Below, piece by piece: positions 1 through 13,100 of a stretch of DNA of 64,000 nucleotides. Position 1 is the first letter of the stretch. Each line of letters opens with the position of its first letter. Source of the DNA: Vitrella brassicaformis CCMP3155. Its lineage: Eukaryota; Protista; Chromerida. The position numbers and the translations under genes were made by a program. The notes beneath the pieces were generated by a model that was given only the letters and a program-made list of their open reading frames with translations, ran no database searches and was not told where the DNA came from. Where the stretch lies: positions 76,831 through 140,830 of the forward strand of contig CDMY01000284.1 of assembly GCA_001179505.1 (NCBI GenBank), in the 5' to 3' direction.

Positions 1-114
1 CCTGGCTATCGCTTGTTATGCACGTGGTGAAAATCTTATTGAAGAGCGAACCCGCGCGCTGCTGGTCTTCGCCCTCTTTGCGAGCCGAGTGACGCAGTCT
101 GGTGGACCTGGCGT

Positions 115-3100
115 CTACGACTCGCGTGTCTCGCCCGCGGCTGCTGCAGCCTCCTGGACCAGCTCCTCACGCTTCTTCGTCTCGGCCTGCACGCGCCATG
201 GAAAGACAGACAGTCAGGGGCATAGGAATGGGGGAGATTTGTGGCATTGTGGTCTGGTGGCTCTGTGCCGCCGCCGGCCTCCCAAAGGTCACGGGCACGG
301 CTCTGCTACCTGAAAGTATCGCAACACCCCCACATCTGACGTGGGTAGCCTGTGTGTATCGTGGGCTTACTCGTTGGCGACAGCCTCAGGCGACTTGTTG
401 ATCTTATGTAGCAGCTCGCCTGACATACTCACACACACACCGACAGAGTGACCCATGTTGGTTGTTGGTTGCCTTCGCCCTCTCGTCACCTGACGAGTTG
501 GGGCATGGTGCTGTCTTCACCAGTGGGAACAAGTAGACGTGTCGGGTGCGCCCCTCCACCAGCCGGTGTGCCAATCTCAGCTGCAGGGGAAGAGACACCA
601 TGATATAAAATGCAGGCAGCGATCACTGAGAGCTCTCGGTTGTCTTCGTTTTTCCGGAATGGCCTCTGCACGGCAGGTACAGTACAAGGTACAGTACACG
701 CTAGTGTGTCGTGTACCGCTCGTATGTGCGTGCATCGACCCAGCCACCCTCCCACCTCAGCCGGGTTGACGGCCTGCGGGCCTGCGTGTGTGTGGGGCGC
801 CTGAGGTGAGGGTGTGGGGGCGGCGTCTGGCTGCGGCTCCGGCTGCGGCGGGGCCGCCACCTGCGCCTTGAGGCCGTCAGCCTGGGCCAGCGTGGCGGCG
901 TAGGAGCTCTGAGTAGAAACACACACACACACACACACACACCCCTAGGTGACTGTATGTTGCACCCAATAGCAGCTATTGAGCAGCTCAACATTCACAT
1001 ACATACCAGCATCGCCCGCTCCTTGACGGCGGCGGCCTCGGCCTTCAGGGCCTCGATCTGCGCCTTAACTTCAGCCTCCCGCCTCTGAGGAAGAGTACAA
1101 TAACACATCAAAAGAGAAGGAAGCATCGTCCGTGCATGGTGGCATCGCATACCTCCGTGCACTGCCGCGTCCTCGAAGGCAACCCACTCGGCGTCTGAAA
1201 GGGCGTCCAGCCGCCGCTCCAGCTCCTGTCATAGAAACGCACCACAGGTACCGCATTTTATCGTGTCTGTCGAAGCGAACGCACCCCTCTTTCTCGTGAG
1301 TGCGAGCGTAACGCTTACCCCGGGGAAATTTGGTGGCGAGCAGAGCCGCATTGGCCACGCAGGTCCGCCAATCCCCCGGGTCGAGGATGACTTCTGCAAG
1401 GTCGTCAGGGGCCCGGGCGAGCTCCTCGGGCGTCGAACGCGCGGCGGGCGGCAATTCAGTAGCTGCGATGACGCAGCGAGGGCCTCAAAGAGGCCCGGCG
1501 TGCTGTTCTGCAAACATCCCACAACACACACGACATACACGGAGATAAGAATTTGGAATGACACACAGGGAAGAGCATTTATTTAGTTGCCGCCTTGAGT
1601 ACCATCTCACGCAGCCGCGTCCGCCAGATGGCGTACTCCTCCTCGGTGAAGGCGTCGATGCGACGCCGAAGCCCCTGTCACATCACACATTCACATCAAA
1701 TGCAGGACACCTTTGATGTGTATGTCTTTCCCACGCCCGTGTGCGAGCCCACCTCCGTCTGGGAAGAAGTAAGACAGCTTCGCCACGTCCCTCAGGAGCG
1801 TAGTCAGGGTGACCTCGGAAACGTCATTGCAGCAGCAGCAACAGCAACAACAATCCACTCGAAGAACAAAGATCCATCTTCCTCGAGCGAAGGGCCCCCA
1901 GCAGGCCTCTGCAAAGCCGCATAAGACAAAACGAATAGCGCAGGTGTCTGATCACTTGTATACCATCTCACTCAGTGAATGCGCCAATGATGCAACACTT
2001 CAGGTGCTGGGAGACATACACGCCAAGCAAAGCAATGAACGCCTTGTCACTCTCAGTGTGAGCCCACTTACGCCTGGGAAGAACCAGCCGTCTTGTCTCA
2101 TTCGGCCCCCTTACGCCTCTCGATGACCAACGACTGAGACTGTCGACACAAGAACAACAGGGGAGACATCATGCACGCCAAAGTGCCCTGTCGTTCCCTT
2201 TTGTACCTCTCCAGGCGGTTTGACGTGAGAGGGAGAAGAGACATAGAGATATAAAATGTAGGCAGTGATACTCAGGGCCGCTGCCCTTCTTCTAAGCGCC
2301 CACAAGGCCACCCCGGTTGGGTTGACGGCCACCACTGCTCGAGCACCTCCCGCCACCACTTCTTGAGCCGCATAATGGCATCCTGTGACTCGCTCCTGGC
2401 CTCCCACACGCCCCTCCATGTGTACTCCCAGTACATATATTTCCCGCGCACACCATTCCACCCCCACCCCTCCATCCAGTCGGCCTCCATGGCCTCGGCG
2501 CTGTCGGGCGCCGGGCCAATGACCTCGACGGCCATGCCGGGCTGGAAGGGGAGGTACAGCAGTGGCGGGGCTGGTGGGGATGGGAGGGGGTTGCCAGGTG
2601 GCGTGTATGGGGGCTCAGCCAGCCCAGAGGTGGCAGCCGGAGCGGCGGGGGTGGAGGAGGCCGGAGGAGGTGCGGTAGGGCTGGTGGCCGCCCTGTGGAG
2701 CTCTGCCTTGCAGGCAGCCGCCACCTCGTCTGACTCCTTCAGAAAGGCTTTCTTGGCCTTCAAACCCGCGAGCTCGGCCATCAGGCCCGACTGCGCGCTC
2801 TGAAAGGGACAGCATACAGGCCACGTGTGTCAAAAGGTCTCGGTGTGTGCATCGCCGAAGGCGTACCACTCCCTCCATGAGGGCCTCTATCTCGGCCTTG
2901 AGGGCCTCTATCTGCGCCTTGAGGGGCGGCTGTCGCCTCTGAGGAACAAATCATACCATCAGGAGAGAGGCAATCGGTGTGCTCCACTGCACCAGACAGA
3001 GAGAGAATGCATTGGCTTTTGCATTGGCTTGCATACCTCTCTGCTTCTCGAGGCCCTGCGCCAGCTGGCCGCGGAGCTCCTCGTCAGTCATGGCAGCCAC

Positions 3101-4440
3101 GCGCTTCTTGAGCTCCTCCTGCCACATAAACGGACACGTCACGGAAGCCATGTATTGTCAATCCAACGGAACTCCCTCTCAAGTGTGAGGCTGCTTACGC
3201 CTGGGAACTTGAGGGCCAGCAGCTTGGCGCTCCTCTTGGCCGCGTTGAAGTCCCGGGTGTGGAGGTCAATGTCCTTGGCGTCTGCCGGTGCCCTGGCGAC
3301 GGCAGATGGCGGCACGTACAGCGCCATGGGCGGGCGCTCACACAAAGGGGATGATACGGGGGTGCTCTCCGCTCACAGGCAGCAACAGGCGCCAGCAACA
3401 ATCGGCCCACTCGAAGAGGAGGTCGTCGAGGTCGCACTTGGTGAAGGACTTGAGCATGGCAATGCCCTCACTGAAGGTGCTCATTGCCTCGCCGTCCACT
3501 ATCATGCCCTGCTAACGATTCACAAGCCAGCCGCGATCCTTACACGCCTCCAGGTACTCCCCAGAGACGAAGACATCCGCTGGAAGTAGCCGATGAATGC
3601 TTGAGAAGAGAAATGGTCGGATGATGTGCGCGATGGTCTGATTGTTGAACATGTAGTCGGAAGCCACGTGGTCCGCCCCGACCAGCTTCAACTCCAGCGC
3701 CGGCACCGGGCCGAAATGCTGAGCACATGACCGGCCAGCAGTTCGCGCAAGTCACTGACGAGATCATCTGCCAGCACGATGGCCTCCTGCTCGTCCTTGG
3801 CACGGTTCATCTTGTCGCACAAGTCAGGGATGTTGTATGTGGACTGGAAGTCCGTGATGATCGTCCAGTCATCACCTGACCGACCACCACACAGACATAC
3901 CCACAAGATGAATGAATGGATGGATGATCTGTGTGCCCCTGCCCGCCCCTGCTTACCCAGGTAGTCCATTGCCACAACGGACACGTGCTTCGCTGGGCGT
4001 CCATCCGGCCTCAGCACGCCTTGTTTGGCTCCATCGAAATAGGGCCGCACAAACGGCGTGTCCAGCCACTTGCGCTCCTCGTTGCCGACCGATGCCGCCA
4101 CATGCCGGAGCCGCGAGGCCTCCTGTCGCGCTTCAAACTCTCTCTCGCACAGCTTGAAGTCGGGGCGCCCAGACGCTTCTCGACTTCCTGCCACACGGAC
4201 AAATCACATGGATGGTGAGCACGAGGCGAGTGTGAGGCTGCTTACCTCCGGGAACTTGACGGCCAGCAGCTTGGCGCTCCTCTTGGCCGCCTTGTCGTCT
4301 CGTCTGAATTATTCCACCCATGAATTGGCCGACCCAGAAACAGGCAAAGAAACAGGCAAAGAAACAGTCCAGCCGCAACTCCAGCGCCCGCATCCGTGCC
4401 CGAATGCTGAGGAGGTGACCCGCCAGACGAATTTTGCGGA
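115..4440 (-). pseudogene. Decayed multi-exon gene built from tandem exon modules (coiled-coil KAQIEALKAE; unknown family)
   Basis: Recurring spliced unit ...AAKRSAKLLA(V/L)KFP(E/G)|E(E/V)xK(K/R)...|RR..KAQIEALKAE. In-frame TAG at 3512-3514. Apparent 1-bp frameshifts near 4165, 3705, 2108 and 1320. Both gene ends are uncertain. Confidence 0.6.
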
Positions 4441-4587
4441 GGATTTTGCGGAAAAAAAGCTCTCCGTCGTCTCCCGTCGAGAATTCTCGCTGATGCAATC
4501 GTCATGCCTCCGTGAGGACGCCCCGCCATCAACGATTTAGGCTTTCGTGAAACCGCTTTCCCCAAGCTTGCAAAAGGAGGGGAGCAA

Positions 4588-6198
4588 ATGGGGAAACAGC
4601 GTCAGAAGGAGAGGCTACAGGGAAAGGGCGACGACGAGCCCAAAGACCACCGTGGTTGGATAGCGCGAGAGAGGCCCCAGCGTGCGTGCCGACAGAAGCC
4701 ACCTGGGCATCACTCGAGCGGGGGCGACAGTAACCCGGGCGAGAGGGGCGGCAGAGGTGGGCATGGCAATGGGAATGGCAAGTTGCTGCCATCACGCAAG
4801 AGAAGGCGATCGCCTCGAGCCCCCACGGCACAGAAGCCGTCCGGCAAGCGGCAAGGCAGCCCGCCGCGAGAGCCCATTTCGTGCCAGCATGACGACCTCC
4901 TTAACTTCATGGCCGACTTCGATAGGCAGGGCATCAATGTGCCGCCGCTGGTGCGGGGGGATGGTGGGAATGGCGGTGTCAACGCACACTTTATCGTTGT
5001 GGGTGCGGGAGTTGCTGGTCTGACGGCTGCAGCTATGCTCAAGAGGAGGGGGTATCGGGTGATCGTCTTGGGAGGGAAGGGACAGGTGAGAAACGGATGA
5101 ACGATTGACGACTTGTCCGTCCAGACAGACATACCAGCGACTTGATGGATGTTTGTATGTTTGAATGTTTGTATGTATGTATGTGCCTCCCTTCCTTCCT
5201 TGTTGTGTTGTTCCTTCCTTCCTTCAGGGTTGGCGGCCGCATCCACACCAAGACACTTCCTGCCAAAGACAGCCTGCCTGAGACCAAGGTGAGTGAGCCG
5301 CAACGCAACACAACAGGCTTTCCGACTCCCTTTGTTCCGCCCGCCTCATCTACATGCAGTACACGCACCGCACCGCACCCATCTGTCTCTGTCTGTGTGT
5401 GTGGTGTGGTGCACTCACTGCAGGTGGATCTCGGCGCCAACTGGCTGCACGTTGCACCAGGAGATCCGCACTATCCCTGGGATTTGGCGGCGGCACTTGG
5501 AATCGAAACTTCTGCTGTGATGGGTGAGCGAGACAGCGACGCAGCGGTTGTTCGTCGTTTCGCCACCACCAACCACCACCACTAACTAGACCATCTCTCT
5601 CCCCTCCCTGTCATGCAGGCGGCAAGTGGGAGCCGACCGAGTTTGCGAACTGGTATGACGAGCAAGGACGGCAGATACCGCAGGCCATCATCATCAAGTA
5701 AGCACAGATACCCCTCGTGCACCTTCTGTCAGCCCTCCATGCTCTCCTTCATGAACGCACCTGTGGTGCTGCAGGGCCCACCTTCTCACTGAGCGGGCGA
5801 TGGCACACATGGTGGCCCAGAAGCACAAGGAGGACCAAGCCACTACATCGCCAGGACCCTTCCCAGGCCAGCTGGCTGCCCTTCCCCCATTTCCCCCATC
5901 CGGCAGCAGCTCCTTCCAAGACTGGTTCGGCATTGCCCTCAACCACGCCCTCAACGAGGAGGCACAGGCGCGGGGGGAGCGGCGACGGGCCGACGAGAGG
6001 AATCGCAACAGGCGCAAGACCAGCCGCGCCCGTGAGCAGGCTGCATCGCTGGCGGCCGATCAGGCGGAGAGGGACGAGAGGGAGCTCGAGATGATTCGGC
6101 AGATGGGCACCAAGACCGCTCGCGTACGGATCGGCATCTTGGCGAGATCGATGCCCTTCTCAACTGCAGATAATGGCGATTATAGTGCATGTGGGTGA
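4588..6198 (+). pseudogene. Flavin-containing amine oxidase (PAO/LSD1-like) N-terminal half, frameshifted and truncated
   Basis: FIVVGAGVAGLTAAAMLKRRGYRVIVL, then VGGRIHT and VDLGANWLH in the next exons. Removing one G at about 5071 restores VLEGRDR|VGGRIHT across the 5086 intron. No C-terminal FAD motifs occur before the stop at 6198. Confidence 0.75.
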
Positions 6199-6202
6199 CA
6201 GG

Positions 6203-9200
6203 TTAACAGGCGGGGATCGCTTTCTCACCCATGTAGTTGACGTATTTTCTCCATCCCTTGACTTCATGCGGCTTGACAGTCCTGATGACGGGGTTGGACG
6301 GCGAGGGGCATGACTGGAGGCAGCAGTAGGCCTCTGACGGCTTGGCAGCGTTGGCATAGTAGTTGATGGCGTTGCACAGCTCCGTCTCCTCGATGGCCTC
6401 GCACTCCATTTTGCACAGCTCAACTGACCCAACTCCCGTCTTGCAGGCCCCACCAACCGCCAGGCACCCCAGCACCCAGGTCTCGCCCATCCCAATCTCA
6501 TGCCAGTCCCCTGAAGTGGCTGCATAGTGTCAAGCACGCATTGAGACATGCAGAAGAGACCTTTCAGGGATGTTCCTTGGGCTGGACTGGACTGACCGAA
6601 GCAGACGAATTCCTCCTTGTCTGTGTTGATTCTTTCGAGGAAGTGGGGGAGCTTGGTGGCCGAGATCTCCGCCAGAAGGGGACTGTCGCGGTCGCACGAG
6701 TAGGTCGGGGCGGCTGTCGAGCTGTCCTCACCCGCCTTGGTGTCCTTGATGCGGCAGCAACCGTGCATACCGGGGTGAGCTCCGACTGCACCCATGAAGC
6801 AGCGAGATGAGCAGAGCGGGAAGATTTGTGTCTCATGGCTGTTCCAACCTTTCCTCTTGGTCACGAACGAGGTCCCGGGTTCAGCAATGATCTTGTAGAC
6901 CTCCTCCATGTCCTTGCCGCCCCTTGTGCCGCGGATGAACCGCCCTATCCACTCCTTGGGCACGAGAGGCGGCCCCTCTGGCAGACCCTCTAGCTGCTGA
7001 GCCTTCACTTGCTTCACCTTCTTGCAAGGATTGCCTGCACGCATAAGTACATCACCGCAGCAGTCACTGAGTGCGTGAGTCGCCTGTCTGTGTGGCCTTG
7101 CTTGCCATAGATGGTGTCTCCGCATTTGGAGAAGGTCGCCCGCTTGAAGACGCAAAGTGCCGTTGTGTTGTCCAGCGGGTATCTCATGTCGCCTTCGCAA
7201 CTGCTGAGGGCATCCCGCCCCAAGACCTCAGCGAACTCATCTTCCGGCAAAGCGTCTAAGAAGTATATTGTGTCGTTGTAATCGTGCCGCTGGAACCGAT
7301 TTCTCAGCACTGTACAACGAGAGGCAGAGAGACACGTCGATGGCATGACGGGGAGTCAGTCTGCTGTATCTTGCTCACTTGGGATCTTCAGATAGATGGG
7401 CTTGTCAGTGCATCCGACAAGTATCTCCTTGTTGAACACTTTGAGATTGGCGATGGTCATGACAGCCTTGTCGCTATCCGAAAGCTCCGCCTCGACCGCC
7501 TCCGTGTCAGTCTCAGACTCGCTGCTCGGAGGAGCAACTGTTGGTTCAGGTGTGGTCTCGGATGCAGTGAGCTCAGGTGAGCGGGTTTTCCTCGGCGGGG
7601 GGTTGGATATGATGAACGACTCGATCGATCCCTCACCCAGCCCGTCATCCTCCTCTTCCTCCCTCGCCCCCTCCTCCCTCTCCGCCACCCGTTTCGTCAG
7701 CTCGCCAAAGGCCCCCTCCCCTCCTACCGTGCTGATGAAACTGCTGAGAACCTCCTCTGTGACGGGCTGCAGGCGATGGAACAGCATCTTGGGCTCGTCA
7801 GGAGAGTCGTTGAGGACTTGGCCGCCAAATGCGCGGCTGTAACAAGGGTCGCCGAAGGGGTTTTTGCAGCACTCGGGCCGCGTGAGGCGGAGACGGTAGC
7901 CGTTGAGGAGGTCAGGGGAGATGAGGACGAGGAACCACTCGTAGTGGTTGTCTGCGGGCTTGTCGTCGCCTTTGTATTCGGGATTGTCGATGAATTTGCC
8001 ATGCCAGTTCTGACAGAAGAGCTCTCCCTCGCGAGTGGCCGCCATAGAAGAGAACAGACCGGGCCTGACATAGCATGTATACACGAACTTTGCCTCTCCT
8101 GCTGTCGGCTTGTCACGTGTGCTGCAAAGCACCTGAGTCTCTGTATGCCGCACAGTTCCTCACTGCTTTCTCTGAGCGCAGCGCACACGTCACCTCTCTG
8201 CGTTTTGCACTTGTGCACTCGACTGCACGCTGGCACCAGAAGCTTTGTGTACAGACCGGCGTTGTCCCGACGGACTGATCCCAAGGGAGAGAAACACACC
8301 GACACATGCACGGATGCACACGTGTGTATCTGTAGGAAAATGTCCAGCGGTCATACTCACCCAGGCACATGTATCTGTCGTCCCAGGATGTGTCTTGTGC
8401 GCCGCTGGGCTGCCACGGCAGGCATGTCTCGCGGTCCTTCAAACTCGGAGATGCGTTATCCACAAATGAGAGGTCGGACGACTGAGGCCAGGCTCTGCTG
8501 ACACAGACGTATCCCTTCTCGGGTGGGTCGACGATGTTGTACACTTCGATGCAGGTCTTGTCTGGGACAATCCTCTTCTCCCAGGTGATTCCAATGTCCG
8601 CACGACCGCTCCGGACGCACAGGGCCGCTTGCTTGACGTTGAGCACCTTCGTGCATTGGTACTGGTCGGGATTCATCTCGTCAGTTCTCTGGGCGAAGGC
8701 AAAATCATCAGGGAAGCGCGGCCATGGCCTTTGAAGACCCTCTTTGTCTGAGTGGATAGACGAATGGCACGACAGACAAGTTGCACAGCAACGTCTGTCC
8801 AACACAATCGGTGGGTGGGCGATGGTGTCTTACTGGTCGCCCCGGCTCGATAGGTCAAGTAGATGTCATCGTCAAGATCCTCCCTGGTGAAGTACTTGTC
8901 CGCGGCCTCGCTTCTCGCGTCCCGAACCAGCGTCCCTGAGAGCGTTCGAACCGGTCTAGGAATGCCAACCACATAGTTGCTGCCGCCTCCAGCCCCCTGG
9001 TGAGGAACTTGCCCGAGTACAAGGTGCATGAGCCTGTCTTCTTTGAGAACTCCCAAATCTCGCACTCCGACCTCTTGATGCACTTGTCACAACAGGACGC
9101 TGCACCTGGGTTGTCGTCCAGCGGATTGTCGGCATGCCCCACACTCTGCTCGATAGCTCCCACAGGGCGTCGACTGTCGTCCTGCGACTCGCTGGAGGGA

Positions 9201-9610
9201 GAGGGTGGTGGCGCTTCGGCCTCGATCAGGCCATCAGGAGGGTCCTTCTGCAGCCTTCTTGGCCGTCTGTCTTTGCGGACGCGTCACTTGAGTTGGATAA
9301 AGGCGGGTGGAGCTGGGAAGTCGTGGGGAAGGGGATGGGCTTCCATGTGTGTTTGCAGTAGGACGGATGCCAGGGGGGTGGGATTGCCGACTAATTTGCT
9401 ATTCGGGTACGCTGTGCAGTCTGAAAACAAGGATACATGCATCGCATCGCCTTGCAGTGTGGGCTTCATCGCCCTCACTTCCTCACCGTGGCAGTCGCTG
9501 TATTGCTGTGTTCCTGTCCAGACAATGGCTTTCGTTGCCAAGACACCAGCGCCGGCAAAGGCCGCTGCTAGACGACGCACCCAACGTCTCCCGTGGACGT
9601 GTTGTGGCAT
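6203..9610 (-). CDS. Secreted Cys-rich multidomain protein with two PAN/apple-like modules (adhesin-like)
   Basis: Hydrophobic N-terminus (LAAAFAGAGVLATKAIVW). CCDKCIKRSECEIWEFSKKTGSCTLY at about 9020-9100 and CKMECEAIEETELCNAINYY...CCLQSC at about 6310-6420. GT-AG joins stay in frame (e.g. LK|GDWHEIG). Confidence 0.65.
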
Positions 9611-10164
9611 TCTCGGCCTCCTGCTATGTCCATGGGGGAGAGCGGTGCACTCGTGTCATCAACCCATATAGACGGTGCACCTGTACCAAGCAGTGAGAAC
9701 ATACAGGCACGGATGGATATATACAGGCGCTGCAATGCATACCTGTGAAGGCGTGCCTCTCGGCGCAGCGCCGGGCACGATGTGGCCCAAGCGCTGGTGG
9801 CCCCTGCGGGGTGGGGAGAGAAGGGAGAGAGTCTATGGGAGAGACTGGGGCCTGAGCAGGACGTGCTGATCCGCGCCTTTTCAACAAGCAGAGAGAGAAG
9901 GAAACGCAGGGGAAGTGGGGGTCGCGGGAAAGAGAGAGAGTTGAGAGATTTGAGATTTGCGCGGATTCGGCTCTCTGATGCTTTAGGGTCGAGTAAAACA
10001 AGCCTTGGAGAGCGGAAGACAACACACCACCACAAAAACCTCCAACCTCCGCGCATGAGATCCACTGTACCATCTCCGAAGCATCACTAAGGCCAATCGC
10101 GCCTTTGATCTCTCGACGGACACCTCGGCATCTGGCGGCGAGGGGTGGAGGCACGTGTGAAGGC

Positions 10165-13100
10165 ATGTTGAACAAGGTGAGAATGTTTCTGAGGAGGTGG
10201 CCCTTTATCGTGCCCCTCTCGTGGCTGGCCGTGTGCGGCATCATCGCCCTCATCGGCATCGGACACGGCCATCTCAAGGAAGGCAGATCCTACTTCGGTA
10301 GGCGAGGCGAGCGAAAGACCCAGATAGATGTGCATAGGTACGCCTCCACTGTGTGTCCCAGGTGCATTGGATGCGGGATTCCAGGACCTCTTCACGCGCC
10401 CTGAGGAAGATCTGGATTGGCAGTTCGCTAGGAAGCACCACACCGCCCGCTTCAACCTCGCGGCGACTCTGCAGCAGGCCAACGACCCGGTGGCCGACCC
10501 GCCTTTGGCCCGCACAGAGGGTGATGTGGAGAGATCCCTCACCTTCATGTTCTCGGTCGACGGCCTCAATGAGACTGCGAGTGGTGGTGATGGCGAGGAG
10601 ACGTCGCGGCCGTCGGTGCTGACGCCGGAGCGGCTGCAGATCATGTGTGAGGTGGAGAAGGTGGTGGTCAAACACCCGCTCTACCGGGGGGTCTGCCAGA
10701 GGGACGCTGAGACCAATGAGTGCCTGCCGCAAGGTAAGACACACACCGGACCGGACAGGCACTCTCACAGGCGCGTCACTCACGAGATTGTCTTGTGCTT
10801 GTTGTGCGAGCAGAGGGCTCGGTGGTTAATCTTTTTTACGCTGATGCGGCGAAAATAATACAGGGGAATTTCAGTCACGACTGGAGCTGCCCGCTGCTGG
10901 AGGCCAAGAGCATCCAGAGCCGCCTCTTTCTGGGCCTGAGGCTCAGACCGAAAGATCTCGAGTTCTTCCTCGGAACGGACTTCAAGTGAGAGAGGACCAA
11001 CCAGCCCACACACATCACATGGGCCATCCGTCCACCCCACCCATTGCACATCACATCTCTCTCTCCGTGTTGTGTGTGTCGTTGTGTCAATCAGCGAGTC
11101 GTCTTATTCCACCAATCGTACCCGTTCGTTCATCCAGTTGGGTATGCCGCAGGAAGATCACTCGAAGGAGGTGGCCTTCTGGTCGGCACTCGGGGACGAT
11201 CTTCACAAGTATCTGTCCGTCCAGCGGGACAGGTCTAACCCCTTCTCGGGCGTGTCGCCATACGCAGTTAGCGGGGAGGACGGCTGGGAGGCCGGCGAGG
11301 GCATGAGAATCCACATTTGGAGCAAACCCATGTGGCAAATCGAAAGGTGAGCTGAGAAAAAAAGGTGTGTTGTCGTGAATGCGTGTGTCTGATGTGTGTA
11401 TGTGAATGGCTGCATTGCAGGGATTTTCTTATGTCTAACGGTGGCCCGGCGCGTGCCACAATCCTCTCAGCGCTGGCTCTCATTCTCGCCGCTGCATATA
11501 CACGATCGCTCATTATCGGCTTCACATGTAAGCACACGCGCCGGCACCTCACGAGCGGCCAAACATGTGTTTCTCTCCCCTCCCCCTGGCTGTATGTCTG
11601 TCGGATCCGATCAGGTGCGGTGATGGCTCTCTTGTCGTTTGGTGTGAGCCGTTTCCTGCTCATCCTGGTGTGCCAAGTTACCTACTTCGGCGCCCCCTGC
11701 CGCGCGTCGTTCCTCTTTTCCCTCACACTCGCCCTCGCGACTCTCCTGATCACCGCACGGCCCACACACCAAAAGCCGCCCTTCCGGCGCCTGCTGCCCT
11801 TGATCGGTATGTGCTTTTCGGGCTCGATCGGCATCGCGACGTCGCAGCAGTTCCCCTTCCAGGCCATCGGTGTGTTCGGCATGCTGGTGCTGGCCTTCAC
11901 CATGGCCTCGTTCTGGCTTATCCTCCCGCACATCTTCCTGTGTGTGGAGCAGTATGAGCGGCCCGTCAGCAGTAAGGTTGCGGAGAGGTGCGCGAGGCTC
12001 TGGCGGCGGTCTTCTGTCGAGCAGGGGGATATGGACGGCACCAAGGCCGAGGAACCTCCTTCCTCATCTTCTGAAGAGCGGGAGCCGGTGGTGGGCTTTG
12101 GCCAAATACCCCCTATCGTCGAGGAGGCTCCCGGGGAGGAGGACGAGGCGGCTGCAGGAGCTGGTGGTAGTGGTGGTGGTGGTGACTCCAACCGCAACAG
12201 CAATGCCGAGCAGGCAGACAGCCCCAAGGAGCCCTCGGACCCCTCGACCGACTCGCCCCCCTCCAGCCCATCCGACCTCCCCAGCAAGATACAAAAGATG
12301 CAGTCCGACCCCGGCAGCCGCTCGTCGAGCAGCGCGTCCACCGCCCTAACCTTCGGCCGCAAAGCCACCATACGCGAGCAGGACAGCCGAACCATCGTCA
12401 TGAGTACTGCGGGGGACAGCCCTTGTGCGGGCGAGAGGGGCCTGTGGGGGAGAGTGTCGAGATGGCTGAAGGGGAGAGGGGGCAAGGCTCTCAGCGGCGG
12501 AGCCATCGTCGCGGGCCTGGTGGTTGTGGGGCTGTCTCTGGGGCTGGTCAAATGGAGGGTCACTGACGGGAGTGTATCGGAACAGCTGTTCGCGGACAAC
12601 CACATGTTCTCAGGTAGGCACCTGGGCGGACAGCACAGCACAGAGAGAGAGGCCTGCCTGGGTCCTCCATGCACGCGTGCTTTCCTTCTCCTTGTCTGCG
12701 TTGCGTGCGTGACAATCAGAGTCGTTCGAGCACTTTGCGGGGTGGTTCAAGGGCAACGCGGGCCCGACGTACCTGCCTGTGGAGCTGTACTGGAGGCTGC
12801 CCACACACACGGCGAGTGGGAGTGAGGACAAGGCCGTCAAGAGGGACTGGGAGGCCGTGTGTGCCGACTTCCCTCCCACCGACCTACCCACCACTCTGCG
12901 GCAGATGGAGGAAGTCTGCAAAACCATCGAGGAGCCCCTGAAGTGCCACGACGACCTCCTGCCCTCATGCACGTAAGCCAAAGGCCGACAAGTCTAACTT
13001 TCGTGTTGATGAATGTGCGTGATATCGCCATTCTTGTTTTGTCTGCAGGCATCCGATTGTGGCTGAGAATCAGTCGTTTGTGGTGCCCGACACCCTGATC

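Noticed and set aside
3512-3514. In-frame TAG as possible stop-codon reassignment or readthrough
   Set aside because: TAG terminates intact genes here (B9D2, AP2 gene, HMG-like), and the same locus has frameshifts, so decay is simpler.
4331-4367. 12-bp GAAACAGGCAAA tandem repeat
   Set aside because: Short intronic slippage repeat in a decayed locus; no sign of function.
11682-12674. Long antisense ORFs such as 330 aa here, 23996-24961 and 58016-59173
   Set aside because: Shadows of GC-rich coding exons on the opposite strand; no motifs or consistent splicing.
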